The translations under genes and the position numbers were made by a program. The notes under the pieces are model-generated. The model was not told the origin of the DNA, made no database searches, and saw only the letters and a list, made by a program, of their open reading frames with translations. Positions 18,556-28,929 of a stretch of 39,248 nucleotides of DNA are shown piece by piece; position 1 is the first letter of the stretch, and the number at the start of each line of letters is the position of its first letter. This DNA is from a bacterium (lineage in GTDB: Bacteria; Bacteroidota; Ignavibacteria; UBA10030): the NCBI GenBank assembly GCA_043803945.1, contig JAZDJN010000014.1:1-39248 (forward strand). Reading direction: 5' to 3'.

Positions 18556-20250
18556 ATGAGACTCTCGAAAGCCTTTGTCCCTACACTTAAGGAAATTCCA
18601 ACTGATGCAACCATTCCCAGCCATCAATTAATGCTGAGAGCCGGATTGATGCGTCAATTAACTGCGGGTGTGTATATGTTCCTCCCGTTGGGATACAAGG
18701 CAATGTTAAAGGTGATGCAAATTGTCCGTGAAGAGATGAATGCCATTGGAGGGCAGGAATTTCTTTTTCCAGCATTGAATCCTGAGGCGTTATGGATTCA
18801 AACAGGAAGAAGAACCATTCAAAATTTTATTCTCAGTGTGAAAGAGCGCGATCTCGTGCTTGCACCGACACACGAAGAGGTTGTGGGTTGGCTGGCTGCC
18901 GGCCATATCCAGTCCTATAAAGACCTGCCCCAGATCTGGTACCAGATCCAGAATAAGTTTAGAAACGAACCGCGTCCCCGATCAGGAGTTCTTCGCGGCA
19001 GACAATTCATCATGAAGGATTCCTACACGCTTGATGCAACATGGGAGGGCCTGGATGCCGGATATGATGCGCATGCGCAAGCGTACCGTAACATCTTTCA
19101 ACGTTGCGGCCTCAAGTATTTTGAAGTCGTTGCTTCAAGTGGAGCGATGGGTGGTACGGGGTCACAGGAATTTATGATAGATTCAGATCACGGCGAGGAT
19201 ACTGTTGTCCTCTGTAAGAGATGTGGTTATGCTGCGAATCTTGAAATTGCGACTTCCTCCATCGCTAAACTTGCCAGAGAATCGGCAAGCGATCCGCTGA
19301 AGGAATTGCACACGCCAAATGTCAAGACAATAAATGACCTTGCAGAGTTTCTGAAGGTGCCGCACACTCAACTGGCTAAATCAGTTGTCTACAAGCATGA
19401 CGGAAAACCCTTATTGGTTTTGATGAGTGGTAATGATCAATTGAATGAATCAAAACTTCTGTCTGCATTAAAAGGTGGGGAGATAGGCCCTATGGATCCG
19501 GATGCGTTGAAGGGTTTAACGGGCGCCGATGCAGGGTCTATTGGACCGGTTGGATTGAAAGGATTCCGTATCATCGCTGACCGCAGGCTTGAAGGTGCGA
19601 ACAATCTGATCAGCGGTGCCAATAGGAACGATTACCATATCGGAAACATCGATATGGACCGCGACATGAAGGTTGAAGGGTTCTTCGATCTAAGAACCGT
19701 AGAAGAGGGAGAGCCATGCCCAAAATGTTCTGCAACGATGAAAATATCAAACGCCATTGAACTGGGTCATATCTTCAAACTGGGCACAAAATATTCCGAC
19801 GCATTGCATGCAACATTCCTCGATGAAAACGGACAGTCCAATCCAATCATTATGGGAAGCTATGGCATTGGTATAGAACGGATCATTGCATGTCACATTG
19901 AACAGAATCGCGATGACAATGGAATAATTTGGGATAAGGCAATTGCACCATACCTGGTGCACATTATTGCGGTCAACATGAACAGTAAGGAGATCATTGC
20001 GGCTTCGAATCAACTCTACTATGAGTTGACAAGGGCCGGAATTGAACCGCTGTTCGACGACCGCTCCAATGTCACACCCGGTTTCAAATTCAAAGATGCC
20101 GACTTGCTCGGAATGCCGCTCCAGATTATCGTCGGAGAAAAAGGTTTAAAGAACGGGCAGATGGAAATCAAAAAACGGAGAACAGGAGAACGAATGATGG
20201 TGGCACGGGAAGAGATTATAAACGCCATCAAAAAACTCCTGAATGAATAA
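18556..20250 (+). CDS. proS: Proline--tRNA ligase (bacterial type with INS editing domain)
   Basis: SHQLMLRAG, LAPTHEE, KFRNEPRPRSGVLRGRQFIMKDSY, IELGHIFKLGTKYS, MGSYGIG, GFKFKDADLLG. Confidence 0.97.
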   Translation: MRLSKAFVPTLKEIPTDATIPSHQLMLRAGLMRQLTAGVYMFLPLGYKAMLKVMQIVREEMNAIGGQEFLFPALNPEALWIQTGRRTIQNFILSVKERDLVLAPTHEEVVGWLAAGHIQSYKDLPQIWYQIQNKFRNEPRPRSGVLRGRQFIMKDSYTLDATWEGLDAGYDAHAQAYRNIFQRCGLKYFEVVASSGAMGGTGSQEFMIDSDHGEDTVVLCKRCGYAANLEIATSSIAKLARESASDPLKELHTPNVKTINDLAEFLKVPHTQLAKSVVYKHDGKPLLVLMSGNDQLNESKLLSALKGGEIGPMDPDALKGLTGADAGSIGPVGLKGFRIIADRRLEGANNLISGANRNDYHIGNIDMDRDMKVEGFFDLRTVEEGEPCPKCSATMKISNAIELGHIFKLGTKYSDALHATFLDENGQSNPIIMGSYGIGIERIIACHIEQNRDDNGIIWDKAIAPYLVHIIAVNMNSKEIIAASNQLYYELTRAGIEPLFDDRSNVTPGFKFKDADLLGMPLQIIVGEKGLKNGQMEIKKRRTGERMMVAREEIINAIKKLLNE

Positions 20251-20253
20251 CAG

Positions 20254-21681
20254 ATGAATCCTCAACTACATCCATTCCCCGTTGGAGGTGAGTGGCGCTC
20301 TCCTTCAGAACAGACTGCAACCATTAGCAGCCCATATGATGCCTCAGCAGTTGGAACTGTTGCGCTTGCCAGAGATATTGACATCGAAGATGCCATTGTA
20401 AGCGCACTCCATGGATTCGAAGAAACCAGAATACTCTCGAGCTATCAAAGGGCCGAATGTTTGTCCGCATTGGCATCTCTCATTGCGCAAGACAAGGAAC
20501 CGCTTGCCGACCTGCTCTGTCGCGAGGTAGGGAAACCGATTCAATTCGCTCGGGTGGAAGTTGACCGGGCTGTCTTTGCGTGCACCATCGCAGCAGAAGA
20601 AGCAAAACGCATTAGTGGCGAAATACTATCGCTCGACCTTGCTTCCCATGCAAGTGGAAGAAGCGGTATGGTAAAGCGATTTCCGCTTGGCATCATTCTC
20701 GCAATCACACCATTCAATTTCCCTTTGAATCTTGTCATTCATAAAATAGCACCCGCGATGGCAAGTGGAAATGCTTTCATCCTTAAGCCCGCACCGCAGG
20801 CTCCATTGACAAGCCTCCATCTCGCAAGACTGATTGAGAAATCAGGCTATCCTAAAAGAGCGTGGAGTGTTCTTCCGTGTACCAATGAACGTGCAGAATA
20901 TTTAGTAAAGGATGAACGGATACAGATGCTGAGCTTTACCGGAAGCCCCAATGTCGGATGGTATCTTAAATCGCAGGCAGGAAGGAAGAAAGTTGTCCTC
21001 GAGTTGGGAGGAAATGCTGGAGTCATTGTCGATCGAACAGCGCAAATCGATGAAGCAGTACGGAAAAATGCTCTCGGGGCATTTTTCTTTGCGGGACAGG
21101 TTTGTATTAAAGTCCAACGAATCTATATCCAAACGGAGCTTTTCGATGAGTACCGTGAGAAGTTCTTGGAAGTTATCAAATCTATAAAATATGGTGATCC
21201 GATGGAGTCAGATACAGTTCTCGGACCTGTGATCGATCTAACCCAGGCAGATCGAATTGAACGCTGGATCAGCGAAGCAATTCATGAAGGGGCAACGCTG
21301 CTGGCGGGAGGGAAGCGCATCGGAACGATCATTGAACCAACAATCATGACAGATGTTCCGCGAACAGCAAAAATATTTCAGGAGGAAATATTTGGACCGG
21401 TCGTTACACTCCACCGATTTTCTACTCTCGATGAGGCTATTGCCGGTGTGAACGATTCTTCCTTTGGATTGCAGGCGGGAATATTTTCAAACGACTTTAA
21501 AAATATTTTCTACGCATTTAATGCTCTTGATGTAGGCGCTGTTATAGTCAATGATAATCCTACCTTTAGAATCGATCATATGCCGTATGGCGGTGTAAAG
21601 CATTCCGGATTTGGCAGGGAAGGAATCAAATACGCAATCCAGTCGATGACCGAACCGAAAATGCTGGTGTTCAAAGGGTGA
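20254..21681 (+). CDS. NAD(P)-dependent aldehyde dehydrogenase
   Basis: ITPFNFPLN, FTGS, LELGGN, GQVC (catalytic Cys), EEIFGP, PYGGVKHSGFGREG. Confidence 0.93.
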   Translation: MNPQLHPFPVGGEWRSPSEQTATISSPYDASAVGTVALARDIDIEDAIVSALHGFEETRILSSYQRAECLSALASLIAQDKEPLADLLCREVGKPIQFARVEVDRAVFACTIAAEEAKRISGEILSLDLASHASGRSGMVKRFPLGIILAITPFNFPLNLVIHKIAPAMASGNAFILKPAPQAPLTSLHLARLIEKSGYPKRAWSVLPCTNERAEYLVKDERIQMLSFTGSPNVGWYLKSQAGRKKVVLELGGNAGVIVDRTAQIDEAVRKNALGAFFFAGQVCIKVQRIYIQTELFDEYREKFLEVIKSIKYGDPMESDTVLGPVIDLTQADRIERWISEAIHEGATLLAGGKRIGTIIEPTIMTDVPRTAKIFQEEIFGPVVTLHRFSTLDEAIAGVNDSSFGLQAGIFSNDFKNIFYAFNALDVGAVIVNDNPTFRIDHMPYGGVKHSGFGREGIKYAIQSMTEPKMLVFKG

Positions 21682-21762
21682 AGTGATTTCATGCATTGAA
21701 TACCAACTATCGATTGCGTACTCTCCAGTGGTGTTCCATTTATCTTAATCCTGGCTTCCTGT

Positions 21763-24700
21763 ATGACGAAATCTTCTGAGTTTGTTCATCTCCATAATCA
21801 TTCCCATTACAGTTTGCTCGATGGTGCTGCAACTATTGAAGGTCTCATCGAAGCTGCTCTGCAGAATGACATGCCGGCTGTTGCCCTGACAGATCATGGA
21901 GTGATGTTCGGAGCACTGGAGTTCTATAAGAAAGCGCAGAAAGCCGGTATCAAACCGATCATCGGATTTGAAGCTTACATCGTATTAAAGGGATCGAGGA
22001 GCGATCGATCCGCACAATCCGACAAGGCAAAATCACCACAAGGCCGTGGAGTATACCATCACATTCTCCTCCTGGCAAAGAATTGTGTCGGATATAAAAA
22101 TCTTCTCAAGCTCACTACGCTGGCCCATGTGGAGGGTTATTATTACAAGCCGAGAATCGATTTTGATAGTTTGACTCAATATCGTGAAGGTTTAATTGTT
22201 ACAACCGCCTGTCCCGGAGGTGCCGTCAATGCTCAATTGGTTAGCGGAAACTACGAGGAAGCCAAAACCTATGCCTCAGCGTTGAAAGATATCTTTGGTG
22301 AAGATTTCTATCTCGAAATCCAGAATCATGGCCTGGAGGTAGAAAAGCAGATCCTGCTGAACTCTCCAATGCTGGCAAAGGAACTCGGTGTGAAAAACCT
22401 GGTGACGAATGATTGTCATTATATTCAGCCGAACCATGCGATTTCGCATAACATCATGTTGTGTATCCCGGATGCAACCAGCACCTATTCCCCAGATTAT
22501 AAATCACTCCGTTACGGTTCTGATCAGTTCTATTTCAAGTCGGCGAATGAGATGTCGAGGCTCTTCAAGGAATTCCCTGATGCTTTGAAAACATCAATGG
22601 AAATCGCTGAAAAATGCAATTTGGTGCTTGATCTAAAGACAAATCACATGCCGAAATTTCCCATCCCTTCAGAAGCTGGGGCGGAAACCCTCGATGACTA
22701 TCTCGATCGCCTGGCAGCCGAAGGGCTTAAAAGACGCTTTTCCGTTATCACGCCCGAATTGGAAGCCCGGTTGCAGTTGGAACTTGGCGTCATTAAGAGA
22801 ATGGGATATGCAGGATATTTTCTGATCGTACAGGACTTTATCAATGCAGCGAAGAGGATGGGAGTTCGTGTTGGTCCCGGTCGGGGAAGCGCGGCAGGAA
22901 GCCTCGTCTCTTATGCGCTAGGGATCACTGATGTGGATCCCATCGAGTTCGATCTTCTCTTTGAACGATTCCTGAATCCGGATCGGATCAGTATGCCTGA
23001 TATCGATGTTGACTTTGCCGATGATAAACGCGACCAGGTGATTGCCTATGTGCGTAACAAGTACGGAGAAAATTCTGTCGCACAAATCGTTACCTTCGGC
23101 ACACTCTCGACACGCGCCGTATTGAAAGATGTTGGGAGAGTTCTGGGGATACCCTTGGCAACGATTGACCCGATTACAAAACAGATCCCGGTTATCATGG
23201 GGAAAGTCACTCCCTTGGCAGAAGCGTTGGAAACAATTCCGGAGTTAAGAGAGGTCAAAGAGAGTGCTGACGAAAAGATCAGACTCTTGATTGAAACGGC
23301 ATTGGTCCTCGAGGGAATGAACCGCAATGTCTCTACCCATGCGGCCGGTATTGTTATCGCTCCTGGAGAAGTGAGCGAATATGTGCCGATGTATAAATCG
23401 CCTGGGTCGGAGCTGATGACGCAATATAATATGAAGGACCTTGAGGTAGCAGGTCTTTTAAAAATGGATTTTCTTGGGCTCCGCACGCTCACGGTCATCG
23501 AAAATGTTCTGGCGATGATTCAACAGCGTCATGGCGTTACAATCGATCTCGATCGCATCTCCTTTGACGACCAGCTCACGCTCGATCTCTTCTCAAAAGG
23601 GAACACCGTCGCGATCTTCCAGTTTGAAAGTTCTGGAATGACTGATTATCTGAAAAAACTGAAACCGACCTCTATCCATGATCTCGTTGCCATGAACGCC
23701 CTCTATCGGCCTGGTCCGATGGAAAACATTCCAGATTTTATTGATAGAAAGCATGGCAGGAAAGAAATCGAGTACATCAATGAAAAATTAGAACCGATCC
23801 TGAAAGAGACCTATGGTGTGATCGTGTATCAGGAACAGGTTATAAAAATCGCCAGTGAAATTGCCGGACTCAGTCTTGCACAAGCAGACATTCTTCGAAG
23901 AGCAATGGGGAAGAAGGATAAAGAGCTCATGGCAGAGCAGAAAAAGGAGTTCATTGACGGTGCGCAAAAGAATGGTGTCGATAAGAAAACTGCAAGCGAT
24001 ATTTTCGATTTGATTAAGAAATTTGCCTCCTACGGATTTAACAAATCACATAGTGTCGCGTATTCGGTGCTTGCCTACCAGACTGCTTATTTGAAGGCAC
24101 ACTATCCAGCGGAATATATGGCTGCGACAATGACCAGTGAAATATCGGATACCGATAAAATCGTTGGTCTGGTTGATGACTGTAGAAAGCTGGGCATCGA
24201 TGTCTTGCCCCCGGATGTGAATGAGGGCGATGTGACGTTTGTGGTAACAAAGAAAGGAATTCGTTTTGCCCTCAGTGCCATCAAGAATGTAGGGACCGGA
24301 GCAGTGTATTCCATTGTTCTCGGCAGAACAGAGTCAGGAAAATTTCAAGACTTTTTTGATTTTTGCGCACGTGTTGATCTGCGCCTGGTGAATAAGAAGA
24401 CGATCGAGTCACTGATTCAGGCAGGAGCATTCGATACGCTCCACGCGAATCGTGCTCAACTTTTTGCGGCAGTAGAGAAAGCGATCATCCATGGGCAGGA
24501 AATACAGGAACAAGCAGTGAGAGGCCAGTCAAACCTCTTCGAAATGGGGGGCGCAAGAGTCCAATCGCGTCCAGCGTTGTCTTCGGTTGAATCATGGAAT
24601 GAAAGCGAAGTCTTGTCACGGGAAAAATCTGTTCTTGGATTTTATCTGACCGGCCACCCCCTGGGAAAATTTCGTGATGAAGTAGAAGCGTTCTCGACGG

Positions 24701-25236
24701 CCCGGTTTGGAATGACTGAGGGTCTCAGACCAAACGCTGCCGTACGAGTATGTGGAATTGTTACCTCCGTCCGGAAGAAAATCGATAAGAAGGGAAACAC
24801 GATGGCATTTGTCAGCATGGAAGATTTTGCCGGCAGGGGAGAATGCATCGTTTTTTCCGATCCCTTTCAGAAATACAGCAAGTATCTTTTTCCCGATGCT
24901 CTGGTGATGGCAATTGGAAAAGCTGATCCAAACGGAGATGTCCTGAAAGTGCTCGTGAACGAAGTCTATCCCATGGAAGCTGTCAGAGAGAAATTTACGA
25001 GGGGAATCACACTGACAATCAATCTCGATGAGGTGAATGAGAGTACGGTGGTTGAATTGCGGAAACTTCTTGAGAAAAATCGGGGAAAATGCTCCTGCTA
25101 TTTCAATGTTTTGGGTGGCGGATTATCGAAGAATTCTGTATATTTTTCAAGGAATATGGCTGTTGATCCTAATCTCCAGCTCATTAGTCAGTTGAAAGAG
25201 CTCTTAGGACCTTCAGCAATCAGATTACAGGCATAA
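21763..25236 (+). CDS. dnaE: DNA polymerase III subunit alpha
   Basis: PHP domain HLHNHSHYSLLDG, GPGRGSAAGS, PDIDVD, KMDFLGL, YGFNKSH and OB fold; no intein seen. Confidence 0.98.
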   Translation: MTKSSEFVHLHNHSHYSLLDGAATIEGLIEAALQNDMPAVALTDHGVMFGALEFYKKAQKAGIKPIIGFEAYIVLKGSRSDRSAQSDKAKSPQGRGVYHHILLLAKNCVGYKNLLKLTTLAHVEGYYYKPRIDFDSLTQYREGLIVTTACPGGAVNAQLVSGNYEEAKTYASALKDIFGEDFYLEIQNHGLEVEKQILLNSPMLAKELGVKNLVTNDCHYIQPNHAISHNIMLCIPDATSTYSPDYKSLRYGSDQFYFKSANEMSRLFKEFPDALKTSMEIAEKCNLVLDLKTNHMPKFPIPSEAGAETLDDYLDRLAAEGLKRRFSVITPELEARLQLELGVIKRMGYAGYFLIVQDFINAAKRMGVRVGPGRGSAAGSLVSYALGITDVDPIEFDLLFERFLNPDRISMPDIDVDFADDKRDQVIAYVRNKYGENSVAQIVTFGTLSTRAVLKDVGRVLGIPLATIDPITKQIPVIMGKVTPLAEALETIPELREVKESADEKIRLLIETALVLEGMNRNVSTHAAGIVIAPGEVSEYVPMYKSPGSELMTQYNMKDLEVAGLLKMDFLGLRTLTVIENVLAMIQQRHGVTIDLDRISFDDQLTLDLFSKGNTVAIFQFESSGMTDYLKKLKPTSIHDLVAMNALYRPGPMENIPDFIDRKHGRKEIEYINEKLEPILKETYGVIVYQEQVIKIASEIAGLSLAQADILRRAMGKKDKELMAEQKKEFIDGAQKNGVDKKTASDIFDLIKKFASYGFNKSHSVAYSVLAYQTAYLKAHYPAEYMAATMTSEISDTDKIVGLVDDCRKLGIDVLPPDVNEGDVTFVVTKKGIRFALSAIKNVGTGAVYSIVLGRTESGKFQDFFDFCARVDLRLVNKKTIESLIQAGAFDTLHANRAQLFAAVEKAIIHGQEIQEQAVRGQSNLFEMGGARVQSRPALSSVESWNESEVLSREKSVLGFYLTGHPLGKFRDEVEAFSTARFGMTEGLRPNAAVRVCGIVTSVRKKIDKKGNTMAFVSMEDFAGRGECIVFSDPFQKYSKYLFPDALVMAIGKADPNGDVLKVLVNEVYPMEAVREKFTRGITLTINLDEVNESTVVELRKLLEKNRGKCSCYFNVLGGGLSKNSVYFSRNMAVDPNLQLISQLKELLGPSAIRLQA

Positions 25237-25254
25237 TTTGGTAAAGGAGTATCG

Positions 25255-25578
25255 ATGAAAGCTATTGAAGTAAGTGATGCAAATTTTAAGACCGAAGTTT
25301 TGGAATCCCCGACACCGGTACTTGTCGATTTCTGGGCAGTATGGTGTGGACCGTGTAAAATGATTGCCCCCATCGTCGAAGAGATTGCGAATGAATTCGA
25401 CGGGAAGTTGAAGGTTGGCAAAATCGATGTCGATGCGAATCAACAAGTGGCTATGCAATTCGGTATTCGAAGCATTCCGACATTGCTCCTCTTTAAAAAT
25501 GGCAAAGTGGTCGATCAGATCGTCGGCGCCGTTCCAAAGAAAGCTCTTGCAGAGAAAATTACAAAACACCTTAATTGA
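25255..25578 (+). CDS. trxA: Thioredoxin
   Basis: [12 protein letters not shown] and IRSIPTLL; SD AAAGGAG. Confidence 0.97.
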   Translation: MKAIEVSDANFKTEVLESPTPVLVDFWAVWCGPCKMIAPIVEEIANEFDGKLKVGKIDVDANQQVAMQFGIRSIPTLLLFKNGKVVDQIVGAVPKKALAEKITKHLN

Positions 25579-25593
25579 CCTTGTTTGACATCG

Positions 25594-25636
25594 AATGCGA
25601 GAGAGTCGAGCTTATTCGGCTTCTCGCATTTTTATT
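25594..25636 (+). terminator. Intrinsic terminator after trxA
   Basis: AATGCGAGA...TCTCGCATT stem followed by a T-rich tail. Confidence 0.65.
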
Positions 25637-25739
25637 AGTACTAATTCCAGAGTTGTGAACTGGGTATCACATTCTGGTATCCGAACAAAAGAACGCTCTC
25701 TCAATCCCAGTGTGATTGGGCAGCAGGAGAATCAGGACA

Positions 25740-27506
25740 GTGGCAACTTATAAGAAGCGAACACATACCTGTGGAGAATTGACGACACACCATCTTAGGA
25801 TACAAGTAACCTTAACCGGATGGGTGGATGTACGGAGAGATCTCGGAGGTGTCGTATTTATCGATGTTCGTGATCGGTATGGCAAGACACAGGTCGTTTT
25901 TGCTCCCCAGCATAATCAGCAAGCATATGAGCTGGCACAAACGCTCCGCTCAGAATATGTTATTTCAGTTACAGGCCTTGTTGAACACCGCCCTGAAGGA
26001 ACCGTCAATCCAGAGATTCCCACAGGGGAAATTGATGTTGCCGGTGTGGAATTGACCATTCTCAACAAATCTGAAACTCCGCCATTTCCTATCGAAGACT
26101 CTGTCGACGTGGCTGAGGATACACGCTTACGGTATCGCTACCTTGATTTACGCAGGCCTGCCGTTCAACGTAATCTTCTTACTCGCCATCGTGCATACCA
26201 GATTGTTCGATCATACTTTGATGTGAACAATTTTATAGAGATTGAAACCCCGATACTTATGAAGAGCACGCCGGAAGGTGCTCGGGACTATCTTGTACCA
26301 AGCAGGATCCATAGGGGAAAATTCTATGCTCTGCCGCAATCACCGCAAACGTACAAGCAAATTCTCATGGTGTCGGGATTTGACCGGTATTTCCAAATTG
26401 TTAAATGTTTTCGTGATGAAGACTTGCGCGCAGATCGTCAGCCGGAATTTACACAAATCGATGTGGAGATGTCCTTTGTCGATGAAGATGATGTGCTCAA
26501 GATCGTTGAAGGTTGTATTCTGGAGCTATGGGAACGAATTCTAGGAGTAAAGCTTCATGCACCGTTTCAACGCCTCGTCTACAAAGAAGCGATGGAACGC
26601 TATGGAAGCGATAAACCTGATACACGCTTTGGGCTCGAGTTCTCGGTTTTTTCTGAAATCGTTGCAGACAGTAATTTCAGAGTTTTGAACGATGCTGTAA
26701 AGAAAGGTGGAGTGGTAGCCGGGTTTGTTGTACCGGGACAGGCAGGGATGACCAGAAATCAGCTTGATGTCCTGACCGATATGGTCAAAGCGTTAGGAGC
26801 AGGCGGATTAATCTACATCCGTGTTAACGAGGCGAAGGTTGAGTCTTCAGTCGATAAATTCCTTTCGCGTGAAGAAGTTGAAGCGATGGCGCAGAAATCG
26901 GGTGCTAAAATCAGCGACTTGATACTGCTGCTTTCCGGGCCATGGCAAAAGACACTTTCTATTCTCGGAACCTTACGCCTTGAAATGGCAAGCCGTTTAA
27001 AACTTATTCAGGAAGGTCAGTGGAATTTTCTTTGGGTGACAGATTTTCCACTTCTTGAATTCAGCCCCGAAGAACAACGCTACGTTGCTGTTCACCATCC
27101 CTTTACGGCGCCAAAAGAGGAAGATGTCCAATTACTCGATTCGGAACCAGGGAAGGCGCGCGCACGCGCGTATGATCTCGTATTAAACGGGAATGAAATT
27201 GCCGGTGGAAGCATTAGAATCTTTGGCTCCGATCTTCAGAGTAAGATGTTTTCACTGCTAGGAATCGGGACAGAGGAAGCGAAGCAAAAATTTGGTTTTA
27301 TGCTCGATGCCTTTAAATATGGGGCACCTCCGCATGGTGGAATAGCGTTCGGGCTCGATCGGATCATCATGCTGCTGACAGGACAAAAGTCCATCCGCGA
27401 TGTCATTGCATTTCCGAAAACAACGAGCGGTATGTCTTTGATGGATGATTCGCCCTCGACGGTCGAGAAAAAACAACTCGATGAATTACATATTCGATCT
27501 GTGTGA
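25740..27506 (+). CDS. aspS: Aspartate--tRNA ligase
   Basis: RTHTCGEL, RRDLGGVVFIDVRD, STPEGARDY, FRDEDLRADRQPEFTQID, GAPPHGG. GTG start at 25740 after AGGAGA. Confidence 0.97.
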   Translation: MATYKKRTHTCGELTTHHLRIQVTLTGWVDVRRDLGGVVFIDVRDRYGKTQVVFAPQHNQQAYELAQTLRSEYVISVTGLVEHRPEGTVNPEIPTGEIDVAGVELTILNKSETPPFPIEDSVDVAEDTRLRYRYLDLRRPAVQRNLLTRHRAYQIVRSYFDVNNFIEIETPILMKSTPEGARDYLVPSRIHRGKFYALPQSPQTYKQILMVSGFDRYFQIVKCFRDEDLRADRQPEFTQIDVEMSFVDEDDVLKIVEGCILELWERILGVKLHAPFQRLVYKEAMERYGSDKPDTRFGLEFSVFSEIVADSNFRVLNDAVKKGGVVAGFVVPGQAGMTRNQLDVLTDMVKALGAGGLIYIRVNEAKVESSVDKFLSREEVEAMAQKSGAKISDLILLLSGPWQKTLSILGTLRLEMASRLKLIQEGQWNFLWVTDFPLLEFSPEEQRYVAVHHPFTAPKEEDVQLLDSEPGKARARAYDLVLNGNEIAGGSIRIFGSDLQSKMFSLLGIGTEEAKQKFGFMLDAFKYGAPPHGGIAFGLDRIIMLLTGQKSIRDVIAFPKTTSGMSLMDDSPSTVEKKQLDELHIRSV

Positions 27507-27637
27507 TACAAGAGTTGTAGTTTTGTGTAATGACCTCATGTCCTATAACGGTCGGTACAGAGTTGTTAAAAGAATTAGAGTAACCTTTCAAGAGTATTTA
27601 GCTATACACTAAAAGCACAATTGCTAATGAGGATTGT

Positions 27638-28742
27638 ATGTTTGATGATTTACGTGAAAACCTGATAGAACAACAAAAACGTTTGACAGCGCTTCGGGGG
27701 TATCTTTGACCTCGATTCGAAGGAAATAAGACTCTCAGAGCTTCAGACAAAAACGGGCGAAGCAGGTTTTTGGAATGATAATGTCGGTGCACAAAAGGTC
27801 ATGCAGGAGATCAATGCCAAGAAGGAATGGGTCGATGCATGGAACAAACTTAATACATTCGCACGGGATACTGCAGCATTATTAGATTTAGCAGAAGAAG
27901 GTAACGAGAAGGATATCATCGCGGAAATCCAGAACGATTTACAGAAAATCGAACAGGAAATAGAATCCCTCGAGTTTCGAAATATGCTCGGTGGAGTCGA
28001 TGACGATAAAAATGCGCTTCTCACAATCCATTCCGGGGCAGGTGGCACGGAGTCTCAGGACTGGGCTGAAATGTTATTAAGGATGTACACCAGATGGTGT
28101 GAACGAAATAATTTCAAAGTGAACCTTGCAGACCTTCTTGATGGTGAGACAGCAGGCATTAAAAGCGCGACAGTCGAAGTGCTAGGAAAAAATGCGTACG
28201 GATTCCTCAAGGCCGAAAGCGGTGTTCATCGGTTAGTCCGAATCTCACCCTTTGATGCCAATGCGCGTCGGCATACTTCGTTCGCATCCGTTTTTGTTTG
28301 CCCCGAAGTAGAAGATGACGTTGAGATTGAAATCAACCCAGCCGATCTCAAAATCGACACCTTTAGATCAGGAGGGAAAGGAGGGCAGAATGTCAACAAA
28401 GTTGAAACGGCTGTCCGTATTACGCACGTCCCGACCGGTATCGTGGTTGCCTGCCAGCAGGAGCGATCGCAATTTCAGAACCGTGAACGTGCGATGAAAA
28501 TGCTTAAATCGCGCCTGTACCAACAGAGGCGTGAAGAAGAGGAAGCCCGTCTCAGCGCAATCGAAAGTTCAAAAAAAAGAATTGAGTGGGGAAGCCAGAT
28601 TCGTTCCTATACCTTTCAGCCCTATACTCTTGTAAAAGATCACCGAACCGGTGTTGAATCCAGCGATGTTCATGGCGTGATGGACGGAGAGATCGATGAA
28701 TTTATCAAGCGCTACCTGATGGAATGGGGAGTCCATCAGTAA
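27638..28742 (+). CDS. prfB: Peptide chain release factor 2 (programmed +1 frameshift, ~367 aa)
   Basis: ORF0 MFDDLREN...RGYL* ends in CTT TGA C (27704-27710). The +1 frame joins the track ORF, which carries the SPF and GGQ motifs. Confidence 0.97.
27695..27710 (+). promoter_or_regulatory. prfB +1 frameshift site
   Basis: CGGGGG TAT CTT TGA C: internal SD-like sequence plus slippery stop. Confidence 0.93.
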
Positions 28743-28807
28743 TAATCAAAATGCATCATTAAATTTTTATAACTGCTTATCGAAAGAAAATACTAAGATT
28801 TTTTTTA

Positions 28808-28867
28808 GCCACCGATGGCACACCCGCCTGCGTGACTTCGGCGGGCAGGCAGATGATCACCGATAAA
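28808..28867. repeat. Short CAC(A/C)GAT-type tandem repeat interrupted by a 27-bp GC-rich REP-like palindrome (28823-28849)
   Basis: GCCACCGATGGCACA[CCCGCCTGCGTGACTTCGGCGGGCAGG]CAGATGATCACCGAT. Confidence 0.6.
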
Positions 28868-28929
28868 AATATAATGATTGACCTCTTGTATCAAGAAATG
28901 ACATATATAGAACGAAGTTCACATTCAGT

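Noticed and set aside
20254-21681. ALDH as lactaldehyde dehydrogenase linked to the fucosidase remnant
   Set aside because: It sits in the proS-dnaE run on the other strand, and substrate cannot be inferred from motifs.
21763-25236. Intein or split dnaE
   Set aside because: Normal length, and the YGFNKSH region is uninterrupted.
25648-25678. CRP-like site TGTGA...TCACA upstream of aspS
   Set aside because: The spacer is 8 bp rather than 6, and the motif is part of a larger hairpin of unknown role.
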